From contig BQFW01000009.1 of NCBI GenBank assembly GCA_020891255.1, positions 62,001-126,000 of the forward strand: a DNA stretch of 64,000 bases, read 5' to 3'. The notes below the pieces were generated by a model. The model worked only from the letters and a program-made list of their open reading frames with translations, was not told the DNA's origin and made no database searches. The DNA is from Entomortierella parvispora E1425. Lineage: Eukaryota > Fungi > Mortierellomycota. Below, one piece after another: positions 44,201 through 55,140 of the stretch. The translations under genes were made by a program, and so were the position numbers. The first letter of the stretch is position 1. Each line of letters starts with the position of its first letter.

Positions 44201-45122
44201 GCTGAAAGCAGTATATGATGCTGCACTTGCTATCGTCCACAATGCAGACCAACCCCCATCTCCAATTCCGACGGATCAAAGCATAGAGGCACTCAAGCGC
44301 CATCGAAGGACATCCTCACTCTCCCTGAACAGGAAACAACCCATCACCCTGGGACCAGTCATCGATTTAGCCTTTGAGATTTACGCTGACCTTCGACAGG
44401 TTGGTCCCATTCGGCATCTCCCTTCCTTGATTACGCTTGCACCAACATCGCCAGCTGGAGTTTCTCAGGCAGGAAGCGACTCTTCTCCTCGAGTGTCTGC
44501 CTCAGTAGAGCTCAGTAAAGCGTCTTCGTCTGATGTTCCAAGAAATTCGTCCATCTCTATTTCTTCTCGGTCCTCATTCAATGAACAGAGCATGCCGGTC
44601 TTTCAGGATCTGAACCCGACCCTTAAGCCGAATCCACAAGCCAAAAGCCTGCCCCCACATATCTATCTGGCATTGCTTCACCTGTCGATTCAAGTTCCAG
44701 TATTCAGACTTTCTTCGCTCGTCGTGGGAACGATCGTTTCCGATCTGCAGTCGGAAGCGGGTGTGAAGTTGACTCGTCGGGACCACCACCTCGCTGCTGC
44801 ATTGCAATGCTATCACGATACATGGATGTGTGCCCAAATTGTCACAGCTGAAACCAAGACATCTGACGCCAGTGCTCAAACGACGCCCTGTGCCTATTTT
44901 GAGTGGATGTATCAACCCTTGGACTCGAACGAGGAGGTCAGTGATCAGGGCGTCATTGCGGGAGGGCCTTTGGAGCCATCTTTAGAGCCATCTCCGTCTA
45001 CGTGCAATGACAACATTTACTGGGATTTGTGGTCAAGTTCTGACCCAGCGCTTCAGGAATTGCGTTTCACGCCTGAAAGGGCCGAAAAACTTTGGGATCA
45101 TGTTGCTCAAGCATTGTTGTAA
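41219..45122 (+). CDS. Hypothetical protein (~1,192 aa) with low-complexity regions and dispersed PPR/TPR-like helical segments
   Basis: join(41219-41648,41887-42800,42888-45122) is in frame through GT-AG introns. The exon 1 donor (GTGGGT) is the least sure. The helical-repeat call is from pattern only. Confidence 0.75.
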
Positions 45123-45252
45123 ATAATACACTTGTTTTATACCCCCCCTCACCTTAGCAAACATACAATAAAAGGAATTCTTTTTTTTTGTTTTTAATGG
45201 ACAAAAAGAGGATGCAAAATGTGGAGAAACTGGGCAAAAGAAAAAAGAAAAT

Positions 45253-46971
45253 CTACAGCTCAATCATGACACCGATGCAGCAACTACACTGCTCAATGTC
45301 GTAGGTATGTGAAGGTGAAGGGCGAGCACGTCGCGTCTTCAAAGGAGTCTCTGAGTTTTCTACTCTTTGGGTATAAGGGGCAGCCTGCTGCTTGGTCGAT
45401 TGGGTTGAAGAAGAGAAAGAAGACGAGACAGAAGTAGGGGGGGAGCTGGATGCGGACGAGGTGGTCGTAAGAGCCGGTGAGGATGCAGCCGTGGACAACC
45501 GAGGCGACCTGGGTGCCGTGTCGGAGGACGCTGAGGAGGAAATGCGTCGAGGCTCAGACTCGACACGGGGAGAAAACGGCGAGAGGATTTTGCGACCTGC
45601 AGCAGCGGCCGCAGCGGCTGCATTTTGAAAGGTGAGACCCACGGGGGACAGCTGTAGGCGCGGAGGTGGGGACTTGGGTGGCAGCTGTTGTTGTTGATGA
45701 TGATGTTGTTGTTGTTGTTGTTGTTGTTGCCCTGACTCCTGCAGAGAGAGTTGTGCCTGCAGACTTTTCCCTGGACTTTGTTGCAAGGGACTGAACAGCT
45801 GCAGCTGCTCCAGGTGTTTTAAATCCTCCGAGCTAGAGAACTGGCCAAGGCCATTGTCGGAGCGATTGCGCTTGGATTCCAGTGAAGCCAGCGCTTCCTT
45901 CAAATGCATCGACTTTTGTCTTCGGAGTCGCCTGGCTTCCTGCTCGGCTTTCTCGGCAGCGCGTCGTTGTTCGTGGACGCGACGCTCCTCCTCTTCCTCT
46001 CGAAGCTGAGCCTGTGTCAGCTCATACTGTATCCTTGCGACCTCTTGGGCTTGTGCCTCGGGTGTCGAAAAGAAGGAGGATGTGGCCGACATGGGAGGTG
46101 TGGCCGGGATACCAGACAGGGGGTTGTATTCACCATGACGACTGGCTCTTGAACCGCCCTGCGGCAATCCACTCAGAGCCAGCGAAAGGGCCGCCGTTTG
46201 GTCATGGCCCAACGTCCGTCTCTGCGACGAGCGTCGTTTCTGTCGTTGTTGTTGATGGTACTGGTGTTGGCGGTGCATGAGGTCCAACTGAATCTCGAGG
46301 GTCGACTTTTCCTGCCGAAGGGCATCGTACCCCCGCTGCAGGTTCGCGATCTGGTCCATCAAGAACTCGCACTTGCGTTGCTCCACCGTCAACTCGTCCT
46401 CCTTGAGGTTCTTGGTTTGGAGGGTGAACCGACGGTGGGGCTTTTCTCGTGTCGCGTTCAGGGTCGTGCCAGCGACTGCCGCGATAGAGGCCAGGAGAGA
46501 AGCCTGAGACAAGTCAGGCACCAGAGCCGCCGACCGGGGCCCTCCTTGTATTGACCCAAAAGGCGACATCGGGGTGGGTGTTTGGGGCCCAAAGGGGGAA
46601 CCTGGTGTGGAGGTGGGTGTGGCGGGCCATTGGGTTTGTTGTTGGAGGAAGGCGAGCTGTGCTTGGGCCTGGAGGTGCTTCCGACCCATCACCAGGACAA
46701 GATCCTGAAGACGCTCGACCTCGACGCGGCTCTTTCGCACCTCCTCGTCAGGAGATGAACGGTTGGGTGACGGCGACAAGGGTGGTCTGCTCTCTTTGCT
46801 CGGGGAAGGGGAGGAGATTTGGAGTTGTTGCTGTTGCAGCCGAAGCTGGTGTTGAAGGTTAGCATTCTCCTGTTGCAGGCGCTGCACCTGGGAAAGTTGC
46901 AACTGGTATTGTTGTTGTGGTGGCAGCGTGGTCGTTACAGTGAGGACATGGTCGTGATGTTTGTGCGACAT
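45253..46971 (-). CDS. Hypothetical Q/S-rich coiled-coil protein (572 aa) ending in HTYDIEQCSCCIGVMIEL
   Basis: Single exon from ATG 46971. The ORF-track extension to 47625 is low-complexity UTR-like sequence. Heptad-rich segments are present (e.g. CEFLMDQIANLQRGYDALRQEKSTLEIQLDLM). Confidence 0.8.
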   Translation of the reverse strand: MSHKHHDHVLTVTTTLPPQQQYQLQLSQVQRLQQENANLQHQLRLQQQQLQISSPSPSKESRPPLSPSPNRSSPDEEVRKSRVEVERLQDLVLVMGRKHLQAQAQLAFLQQQTQWPATPTSTPGSPFGPQTPTPMSPFGSIQGGPRSAALVPDLSQASLLASIAAVAGTTLNATREKPHRRFTLQTKNLKEDELTVEQRKCEFLMDQIANLQRGYDALRQEKSTLEIQLDLMHRQHQYHQQQRQKRRSSQRRTLGHDQTAALSLALSGLPQGGSRASRHGEYNPLSGIPATPPMSATSSFFSTPEAQAQEVARIQYELTQAQLREEEEERRVHEQRRAAEKAEQEARRLRRQKSMHLKEALASLESKRNRSDNGLGQFSSSEDLKHLEQLQLFSPLQQSPGKSLQAQLSLQESGQQQQQQQQHHHQQQQLPPKSPPPRLQLSPVGLTFQNAAAAAAAAGRKILSPFSPRVESEPRRISSSASSDTAPRSPRLSTAASSPALTTTSSASSSPPTSVSSSFSSSTQSTKQQAAPYTQRVENSETPLKTRRARPSPSHTYDIEQCSCCIGVMIEL

Positions 46972-48155
46972 TTGCACGCCTGATGGAGGAACGTCGAAAC
47001 TGCTGAAATGGAGGGTTGCTGTTTGCAAAGGCAGATGCACTAGAGGTCGAGGGATGCTAGAGAAAGAAAAAAAAGGGAAGAATGAGGAATGAGAATGAGG
47101 GTGCAAAGTTGTGTTTGATAAGGACAGAGGGTATATGGTGAGAAAGAAAGGGAGAAGGAGAGAGAGAGTGAGAAAAGAAAACAATAGAGACGAGAGAGAG
47201 ACCAGGCCAGCGGCTAACGAATGAATATCAGAGAGAAGGGCTCTCACCATGTTCTCTTTTTCTTTTTTTCCTCTCTTTTCATTTCCATCTGGTAACACCC
47301 GTCTTGTCTTGTCGAGAGTGGACCAACTCTGTTGCTTGGGGTGCTGTTCGAGAGTCATCCAGCCAGCCAGCCAGACGGGAAGGAACAGAGAGAGAGAGTT
47401 AGCAGCAGGGGATGGGAGAGCACCACTGCAGCGAGAGCACCTATTTTTCCAACTCTTGTCTGTGTCTGGTCTATTGCACAGAGCAAAGTGAGCAATTGAG
47501 CTCTCAACTGGACTGATAACCCGCGCCTGGCCCACGCGAACAGACTCAGGGTACTGTAGGGCACGTTCTTCATATTCCGATGGAAGAAGCAGATGGTTCA
47601 GCCGGGCTAGACGTGTGTTCGTCATTCTTTATCTATTTTAGCACCCTCCATACACGAGTTGGCAACAATGTGGGACTCGAGAGAACGTTAGACGCGACAA
47701 AACGACGCGTCTTTTCACAGACTTCTACGCCAGCAAACAATATCCCACGACCTTCTTTCCTTCTTTTGTTTTCCTTCTCTTCTCTCTTGTTCTCACTCTC
47801 TTTCTCTCTCGCTCCCACAGGTTCTCTGTGTCCCTTGTGCGACCACAGAGACCTGCATCGTTGCAAACAAATCAACATTCATCACTCAGTGGTGCGTTCT
47901 TGTTCTGTAGTTGTGCGAGCCGCTCAGTTCCTATTTTCACTTTTTTTCTTTCTTCCTCTTTCTTTTTCTTTCTCCACTCTGCCAGTCTTTTTTCCTTCCG
48001 TCCGTCCAACCTTCCTTCCCTCCACCTTCATCTCTTTGACGTCCCTTCCCTGGCTTGACAGCTCTGTCGCTTCCGAAATAACCTTTGCAGCAACTACCCC
48101 CCTCCAAAGACCTACACCTTTCGCCCCACTCTCTTCCACACCCAAAACAACAAAA

Positions 48156-49017
48156 ATGGTTAAACTTGTGTCCTCTTCTGCGGCCTTGTTCTTCGCCCTG
48201 GCTTCGACTTGCATGGCTCAAACAACTTCTGCGCCTACAACGACGGCTGTCACACCTCCAACACCAACAGGTTCTCAAGTAGACCTACCCATTCTTTTGG
48301 TGTATTCGCCCCAGAACAATACTGTCGTGCACCAAGGCCAGGCTCTCTCCATCATGGCCACCTTTGAAAACAAGCGCTCAATCAGTACTGCCCCCTGGGC
48401 ATTATCCTCTCTTTTTTTTGACTTTGACAACTGTCGCAACCCTGTTTCTCATTCATTCCTTCTTTTCCATTTTTTTTTTTTTTTGACAGTCAGCATGACG
48501 GCCTCGGTTTCGAAACTCGATGGCACTGGGAATCAAACCGTGGCCATGAGCACCATCCCCAATATGTTGCGCTCTTTTGCCTGGTGGAACATCAGTTCGG
48601 ACTTTCCTCTGGGTGCCTACAAGGTATCATAAACTGAACACATTTTCAAGAGCAGTAAGGCAAACAATGCGGAATGATGATTACTTGTGATGTTTATTAA
48701 CCCTCCTTTCCCTGTGCGCTTGCGCCTTTTTTTTCACGCTAACTAAGATGGATATCCAAGTAAAGCCAATGCTCGTGCTCCCCGCAATCCCTGGGCAGCT
48801 GGCTCCGACTACTTTGCCACCCATGGCCCCGGTGTATTATTGGAACGGCGTGGTTCAGATGCAGACTGCTCTGCCCTCTGCGACTCCTACCGCTGGAAGC
48901 AGTGGCAGTACTGGAGGAAAAGGTTCGACATCTGCAGGGTCCTCCTTGCTCAAGATCAGTGGCGCTGCCACCTCCATGTTGGCCCTTGCTGCCGGAGGAG
49001 CGTTCTTGTGGACGTAA
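48156..49017 (+). CDS. Small secreted Ser/Thr-rich, probably GPI-anchored cell-surface protein (210 aa)
   Basis: join(48156-48384,48490-48623,48748-49017). Signal peptide MVKLVSSSAALFFALASTCMA, S/T/G-rich linker and hydrophobic tail SGAATSMLALAAGGAFLWT. Confidence 0.85.
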
Positions 49018-49187
49018 TTCGGGACCATCCCCTCCCTTTCTTTCCTTCCTCACCCGTCAGCCCTCTGATAATGGCCACTCGGAGGAAGCAGCCATCTTTA
49101 TCACCTCTCGCTAATAAAAACAGCCCACCGCCATATACATACCATCGGTTCATGTTTTTGTTTTTATTCAAACTCACTTTCACCCCT

Positions 49188-50334
49188 CTATGCCTTGGCC
49201 TTCACCAAAGAACCGCCATCGACAGGAATGACAGCACCCGTGGTATAGGCACCGGCTCTGGAAGCCAGGTAGATGGAGGTGGCGGCAATATCCTCGGGCA
49301 TACCAATGCGTCCCAAAGGAATGTTGCCGACAATCATCTCGCCAAAGTCCCGAAGCGTGGCGGCCATCATCTTGGACTCAAAAGGACCAGGGGCGATGGC
49401 ATTGCAGGTGATATGACGGTGACCCAAATGACCGGCCAAGACCCGGGTCATTTGATGCAAGGCCGCCTTGGAGGCCGAGTAGGCATAGGTCTCCAAGGTG
49501 GGGATGTGAATACCATCGACCGATCCAATGTTGATGATCGAAGAAGGCACCTTCTCGGTCGCGGCCGCGTCCAGGAGAGGGAGCATGGCCTGTGTCAACG
49601 AAAAGACGCGCTTCAAGTTCAAGTTCATGACCTTTTCAAAGGCCTCATCAGGGTAGGACTCGAGAGGGGCACCCCACTGTGGAAAAAGAGTTTAAAAAAA
49701 AAAATGTCAAGACGCGCTTTTTTACACCCCAGAATCGATCCCAATTCCTCCTTTCCCCAAAGTGGGGTGTGCTAGCCTTACTGTTGCACCAGCATTGTTC
49801 ACGAGGACATTGACCTCTAAAGGACAGTAAGTGATGGAAAAACAACAGATGTTAATGGGGGAAAGGGGGGGGGTTGCTTGTCAGTTGGACTGGACGACCA
49901 GGCTGATTGCTGAATTCACAAGAAGCAAAAAGTCCTATATAACATCACTTACTGGACTCGCGCTTGGTCAGCTCGGCCACCAATCGGTTGACCTCGTCCA
50001 AGCTCTGAAGATCGGCAGGGAGGGAAATGCACTGACCAGGGCCGAGCTTGGTCAATTCCTGAGCTACCTTGTCGCACACACCAGCCGAGCGGGAAGAGAT
50101 ATAGACCTTGGCGCCATTGACGACGAATCCGTGGGCAATCATCAAGCCGATACTACAACGGAGAATCGTGTTGTACAGAGCGTTAGAAAAAGAGGGTCGG
50201 GTCAAGGATGCGGGGGGGATAGGAAGGAATGAAAGCGTCAATCGATCGTGGTGTTACCCTCGGCTGCCACCGGTGACAAGGACGACCTTGTCCTTGACGT
50301 CAAAGAGAGAGGAAGAGTGCATGGAGGAAGCCAT
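49188..50334 (-). CDS. Short-chain dehydrogenase/reductase (RhlG/3-oxoacyl-reductase-like), 266 aa
   Basis: complement(join(49188-49676,49782-49816,49953-50152,50258-50334)). Motifs TGGSRGIG, VLVNNAG, YSASK and NAIAPG. Confidence 0.95.
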
Positions 50335-50981
50335 TGTGGTGCGAGAAGAGAGGGAAAGAGGAGAGATGGTTGTTTGATGAGTTGCAGGGAGGGGAAGAGA
50401 GATGAAAGAAGAAGAGAGATGGAGGTGAAGGGGGAAAAGAGAATGGGCGAAACGAACGAAATGAACGAAACGAACAAGGCGAGCGAACGGCAAAAGAGAA
50501 CGAAACCCAAAGCGAACGCAAGGTTTCGATCTCCAACAGTCAAGGCCGGGCCGAGGGGAGTCGTGTGTGGAGAGAGAGGGAGAGGGAGGGAGAGGGAGGG
50601 AGGGCGGAAGAGGGCATGATCGCATGGGCTGTGTTGGCACACTTCTCTGCTGGAGTGAGTGTGCCTTTTTTTTTTTAATTTTTTTTTGGCTCTCTGTCCC
50701 TGTCCCTGTCCCTGTCCCCCACGAAAGAGCGATTTATTGAAAGAGAGAGAGAAGCAACTGAACACATGGCATCACGCTATTTCATGCCTCTTTTGTCATT
50801 CTTGTTGTGCTGATCCAATCTCGACTGTGCCTCATCTCCTTTTGTCATCTCGTGCTCGCATTCTTTCTTCTCTGTTCTTTCATCCTTTTCATTCTCATTC
50901 TCATTCTCACTCTCATTCTCATTCACATCACCACTGCAACTACACGCGAAAGACTGCTCCATCTGCAGGATAACGCTCATC

Positions 50982-53511
50982 ATGAAGTCGTCCGCGCGTG
51001 CATCGCAAGGCAATCGCAAGCACACCCTCCACGAGACAGACTCGGACACGGACTCGCACACAACAAACCCACGGACTGCTGCAAGGGACAGTGGCAAGAC
51101 AAAGAGCAAAGACGCTCCCAGAAACAGCACAAAGACCAAAAAGTCAACCCTGGCCGAGAAGGAACCAAAGCCCAAACCCGATGCAGGCAGCTCCAGCAGG
51201 AAGCGGAGCAAACAGGCCGAGTCCACAGACGATGACGACAACGACAAACATGACGACCACCCAGACATGGAGGTCGACAAGGTCTCTGAAAAGGCCAAAA
51301 GGGCCCTTTATTCGGCGCAACAGTTGCAGGATGAGCTCGAGGAGGCTGAGGATGCCAAGGAACGACTCCAGAACAAGGTCGCTCAACTCGAGGAGCGGGC
51401 CCAGTTTCTGGAAGCCAGTTCAAGACTGAATGCCAGTATCGTTGCCAAGGAAAACATGGACCTCAAGGAACGCGCGCGACAGCTTCAAATTCAACTCTGT
51501 AAGTTTGACTGTCTTTGCTTTCTAGTGTACGTTTTGAGTTTCTAGATGTGTCAGTGACTGATGGTGCCTTTTTTTCTCCCTCAATAGCCGAAGCATTGTA
51601 TGAACGAGACAACTTGAGGCAGGGCACGATATTTCAAGGCGAGGGTTCTGAATCTGAGAACAAGGTACGCATAATTTGTCTTTGACTTTTTTTCGCGGAA
51701 ACAACCCCTTTAAACGCTAACAATGCGTCTTCATCTCTGACTTTGCCTAATCATGTTGACAGGATGAGGCGATCCAACTGTCAGTGCAGCTCAAAGAGGC
51801 GTGGCTATCCATCACAAAATTAAAGACGGACAAAGAGGCGCTTAATAAGGAGCTTTCCAAGAGTCAGGAAACATGCACCAGTCTCACCACAGACCTGACC
51901 AACGTTCGCGATCAACTCAAAACCAGTAAGAGCGAAATGACACGGGAAAAGGGACGTTGGAATGCTGATAGAGAGAGTCTGGAAGCAGAAATCAAGTCGC
52001 TCAAGGTACTTGTCCGTTTCGGGAATTCTTTCTTTTTTTCACATTTTTGTCCCAAACGTCGCTAATGCGAAATAATTTTTTTTTGGGATTTTAGGGTAAA
52101 GGTGGTGGCGCTGAAAATGCAGAGTGGACCAAAATCAGGAAACGTGTTCAGGATGAAAGAGCCGCATGGGATCAGGAGAGAAAGATTTTTATGGATCAGA
52201 TCGCATCCCTCAAAGTCAAGGCCGGTAGTCTTGGTCTGCAGTCAAAGGCGCCACCAGAGTGGATCAAGGACAAGCAGCGTTTGATGGACCAATGCTCTAC
52301 TCTACAGGCGCGACTGGCCACCCATGAAAGCGACCGCGCCACTGGAAGCTCTGGCTCGAATAACGCAACCATCAAGAAATTGGAGGCTGAAAACCAAAAG
52401 CTGGAAAAGAAGTTTGAAGATACCCGCGCAAAGCTCAAACAGGCTATGGACGCCTTCAGAGCTTTCCAAGCTCAGGCTGAGGAAGAAAAGGCCAAACCAA
52501 AGCGGGTAAGGAATCGTGATCGTAGGAAACATGGATAGCTAGATGGACTCGCTCTCTAATCTGTTGCTTTTTTCCTTTTAGAAACCTCGCGCGACGCGCC
52601 AGCCAGCATCCAAAAGTCGAGCCAAGCACGCTTCAGGCTCTGAATCAGAATCGGAGGTAGAACAGGAAATCGCCCCGGTGGCCATGAAGCGAACCACGAG
52701 GACCGCTGCTGTGGCTGCTGTGCGGAAAATTGGTCATTTGGTCGAATCGGAATCGGATCAGGAGAGCGATGTGTCAGAGTCGGAGGATGGACACGATGGT
52801 GGCGAAACTGGGGATGCTGACAAGGCCCATGAAGATAAAGACGACGAAGAGGGTCTCGCGGCTGATGAGAATGAAATGGAGGAGGACAGTGATGATTACA
52901 TTCCGAAAAGCAAAGGAAAACAAAAGCAATCAAAGAAGAGCTCCAAGGGAGATGATTCTGCCTCTGACTTTGAAATGACTGAGCAAATAGTCGAGTCCAA
53001 AGAACGCAAGGGCACGGAAAAGCCTGGTAACCCTATCAAACAATCAATAGCCAAAAAGGACGACAAAAAGAATGACAAACATACCAAAGAATCCGCCACT
53101 ATGCCTGAAGACGCATCAGGACCAAGCTCGACACCGAACCCTCCACCCTCCGCCGTCTCGGAATCAACAGGAACAAGTCTTCCTTCAACATCACCCAACG
53201 CTGCAGCCCAAGAGCAGGCTCCAGCGCCGGCAGAAAAGGCCAAGAAGAAGCGCAAACTTTTGACTGGCAAGGGTCTACAAGATCTGAGCGATATCTTACA
53301 CGGGCCAGGATCTTCCCTCGGATCGGAATCGTCGTCTGGACTGGAATTCAGTCGACACCGATTCAACAAAAAGTCTCCAGCGACAACGTCGACGCCGCTG
53401 TCAACGACCACCAAGCCAGCCCAGGCCCTGGATGCACTGAATGCGATCAAGATGCAGTTTTCGATCAAGCCGAAACCAGTGACCACAACTACTGGCCGCA
53501 AAGAGATTTAA
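50982..53511 (+). CDS. Hypothetical coiled-coil protein with an acidic/basic low-complexity C-terminal half (725 aa)
   Basis: join(50982-51498,51588-51664,51763-52005,52095-52505,52582-53511) is in frame. Long heptad regions and an NLS-like KKKRKLL are present. Confidence 0.85.
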
Positions 53512-53659
53512 TATAGACGTGTCTCTTGTACAATTACCACCCATCACTATCATACCCCTCCCCTCCCCTTTGTACCTAGGTAGGTGTGTTCAGTCCGAAT
53601 CGTGTTTTAATAATGACATAAAAAAATAAAAAAAAATTAAAAGGAAACTTGTTGGCGCC

Positions 53660-54003
53660 CTAGAATTTGGTAGTGTTGCACACTAACATCCTGTCTGAAA
53701 AATCCTGCATGCACGTCGTGGAAGCTTTCTCTTCGTCGTCTGGCTTGGGATGGAGGCACCTATCCCGCTTTGTTTCGGCACGTGCAGCACATTTAGCCCA
53801 AGTGTCTTTCTCGTCGTCGTCCCTGGGAGCTATAGATGAAAACAAGACACGTTGCGGGGGTCAGATCACTGCTTCTTTGGCGTCTTTCGAGTCAAAGGAG
53901 AATGTCATGATGCTCTTGGATTCTTACTTGGAGCAGCAGCAACCGCAGAGAACAAGGCCACGGTAGCAATGGCGGCGAGGAGGAGGGATTGAGAGATCTT
54001 CAT
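53660..54003 (-). CDS. Small secreted cysteine protein (81 aa, twin Cx10C)
   Basis: complement(join(53660-53829,53928-54003)) gives MKISQSLLLAAIATVALFSAVAAAPTPRDDDEKDTWAKCAARAETKRDRCLHPKPDDEEKASTTCMQDFSDRMLVCNTTKF. The phase-1 intron is GTAAGA…CTATAG. Confidence 0.82.
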
Positions 54004-55140
54004 ATTGATGAAATGTACGGAAGGGGGATATCGGAGGAATAGAGAGGAATGTGTGTGTGAAGAAAAGAAGAGAGGGATGAGGACGACGATGTGGAGGGGG
54101 CCTTTATATGAATCGTGATGAAGGAATGATTTTTTTTGGAGTGGTGGAGTCGATTGGATGGTTCCTTGGGTTTTTGCCTGTCCGTTGCCACCACAGATGC
54201 ACACGATAACTAGGATGGGTAGAGGGATTGCTCCTTGGAGAGCAGATGCAGCCTGGAAAAACGACCCAGTCAAGGCCGTGTGGGGTTGAAAGTGCCAAGA
54301 ACCCCACCGACACAAACGTGAGCCCAAGGCCCATGGCTATCATCAGCAAATGTACGTTCCCCCTTGTATGCTCATCCGTCTCCCTTTCTTTTGTGGTTAT
54401 CTCCTCTTTTCTTTTTTCTTTCTTTCTTTCTTTTTTTCTTTTTTTATGCCCTCTCTCCTGGAGAATGCCCTCGATCCATGCGAATCCTGATCGTTTTAAG
54501 GGTTCCCGTTACTCCACTCACTCGCTCTCGTTCTATGTCTCTTCTCGTTCACTCTTTGTCTCCATCAGTTGAGTCTTCAGTTGGGGAATCCCTTTGATTC
54601 CAAAGAGCTCTTGGTTTTTCCATTGTCCCTCCCCCCCCTGAATTCGGGGAACCAGGCCTCCTTCTCTGCTTCCCTTCTCCCCTTTTTGTCTCGGCTCCTG
54701 GCACCCCGTGGGGTCCCTCCTGTGGGATCCCACATCCTATCTATGAAGTGCGTCCTACATCCTCGTGCATCTGCCATGTCGCGACATTGGCCAAAACCAC
54801 TCACAGGAGCGCATCGTTATTTGGCTGTTTGGCTATTTGACTGTTTGCTGATTTGCCTGTTTGCTCCAATCGCAACTTGAGAAAAGGGGGACGGACGCCA
54901 GAGATGATCTTGGAGTCGCAACGGGAAACCACAACAAGAACGTGTGCAGCAGCAATCAGAAAAAAGAGATGAAAAACAGTTGAAAACGTCCAAAATCCAC
55001 CTCCACATCGTCCAACATTCACGAAAAACATGATTGCAACCACACCCCATCGTCATATCATGCACCCCCCATAAAATTCCTTTTGGAGAAATGGATATCA
55101 TCCTTAATATTATAGAAAGTGCTCGCGCTAAAAAAATTAT

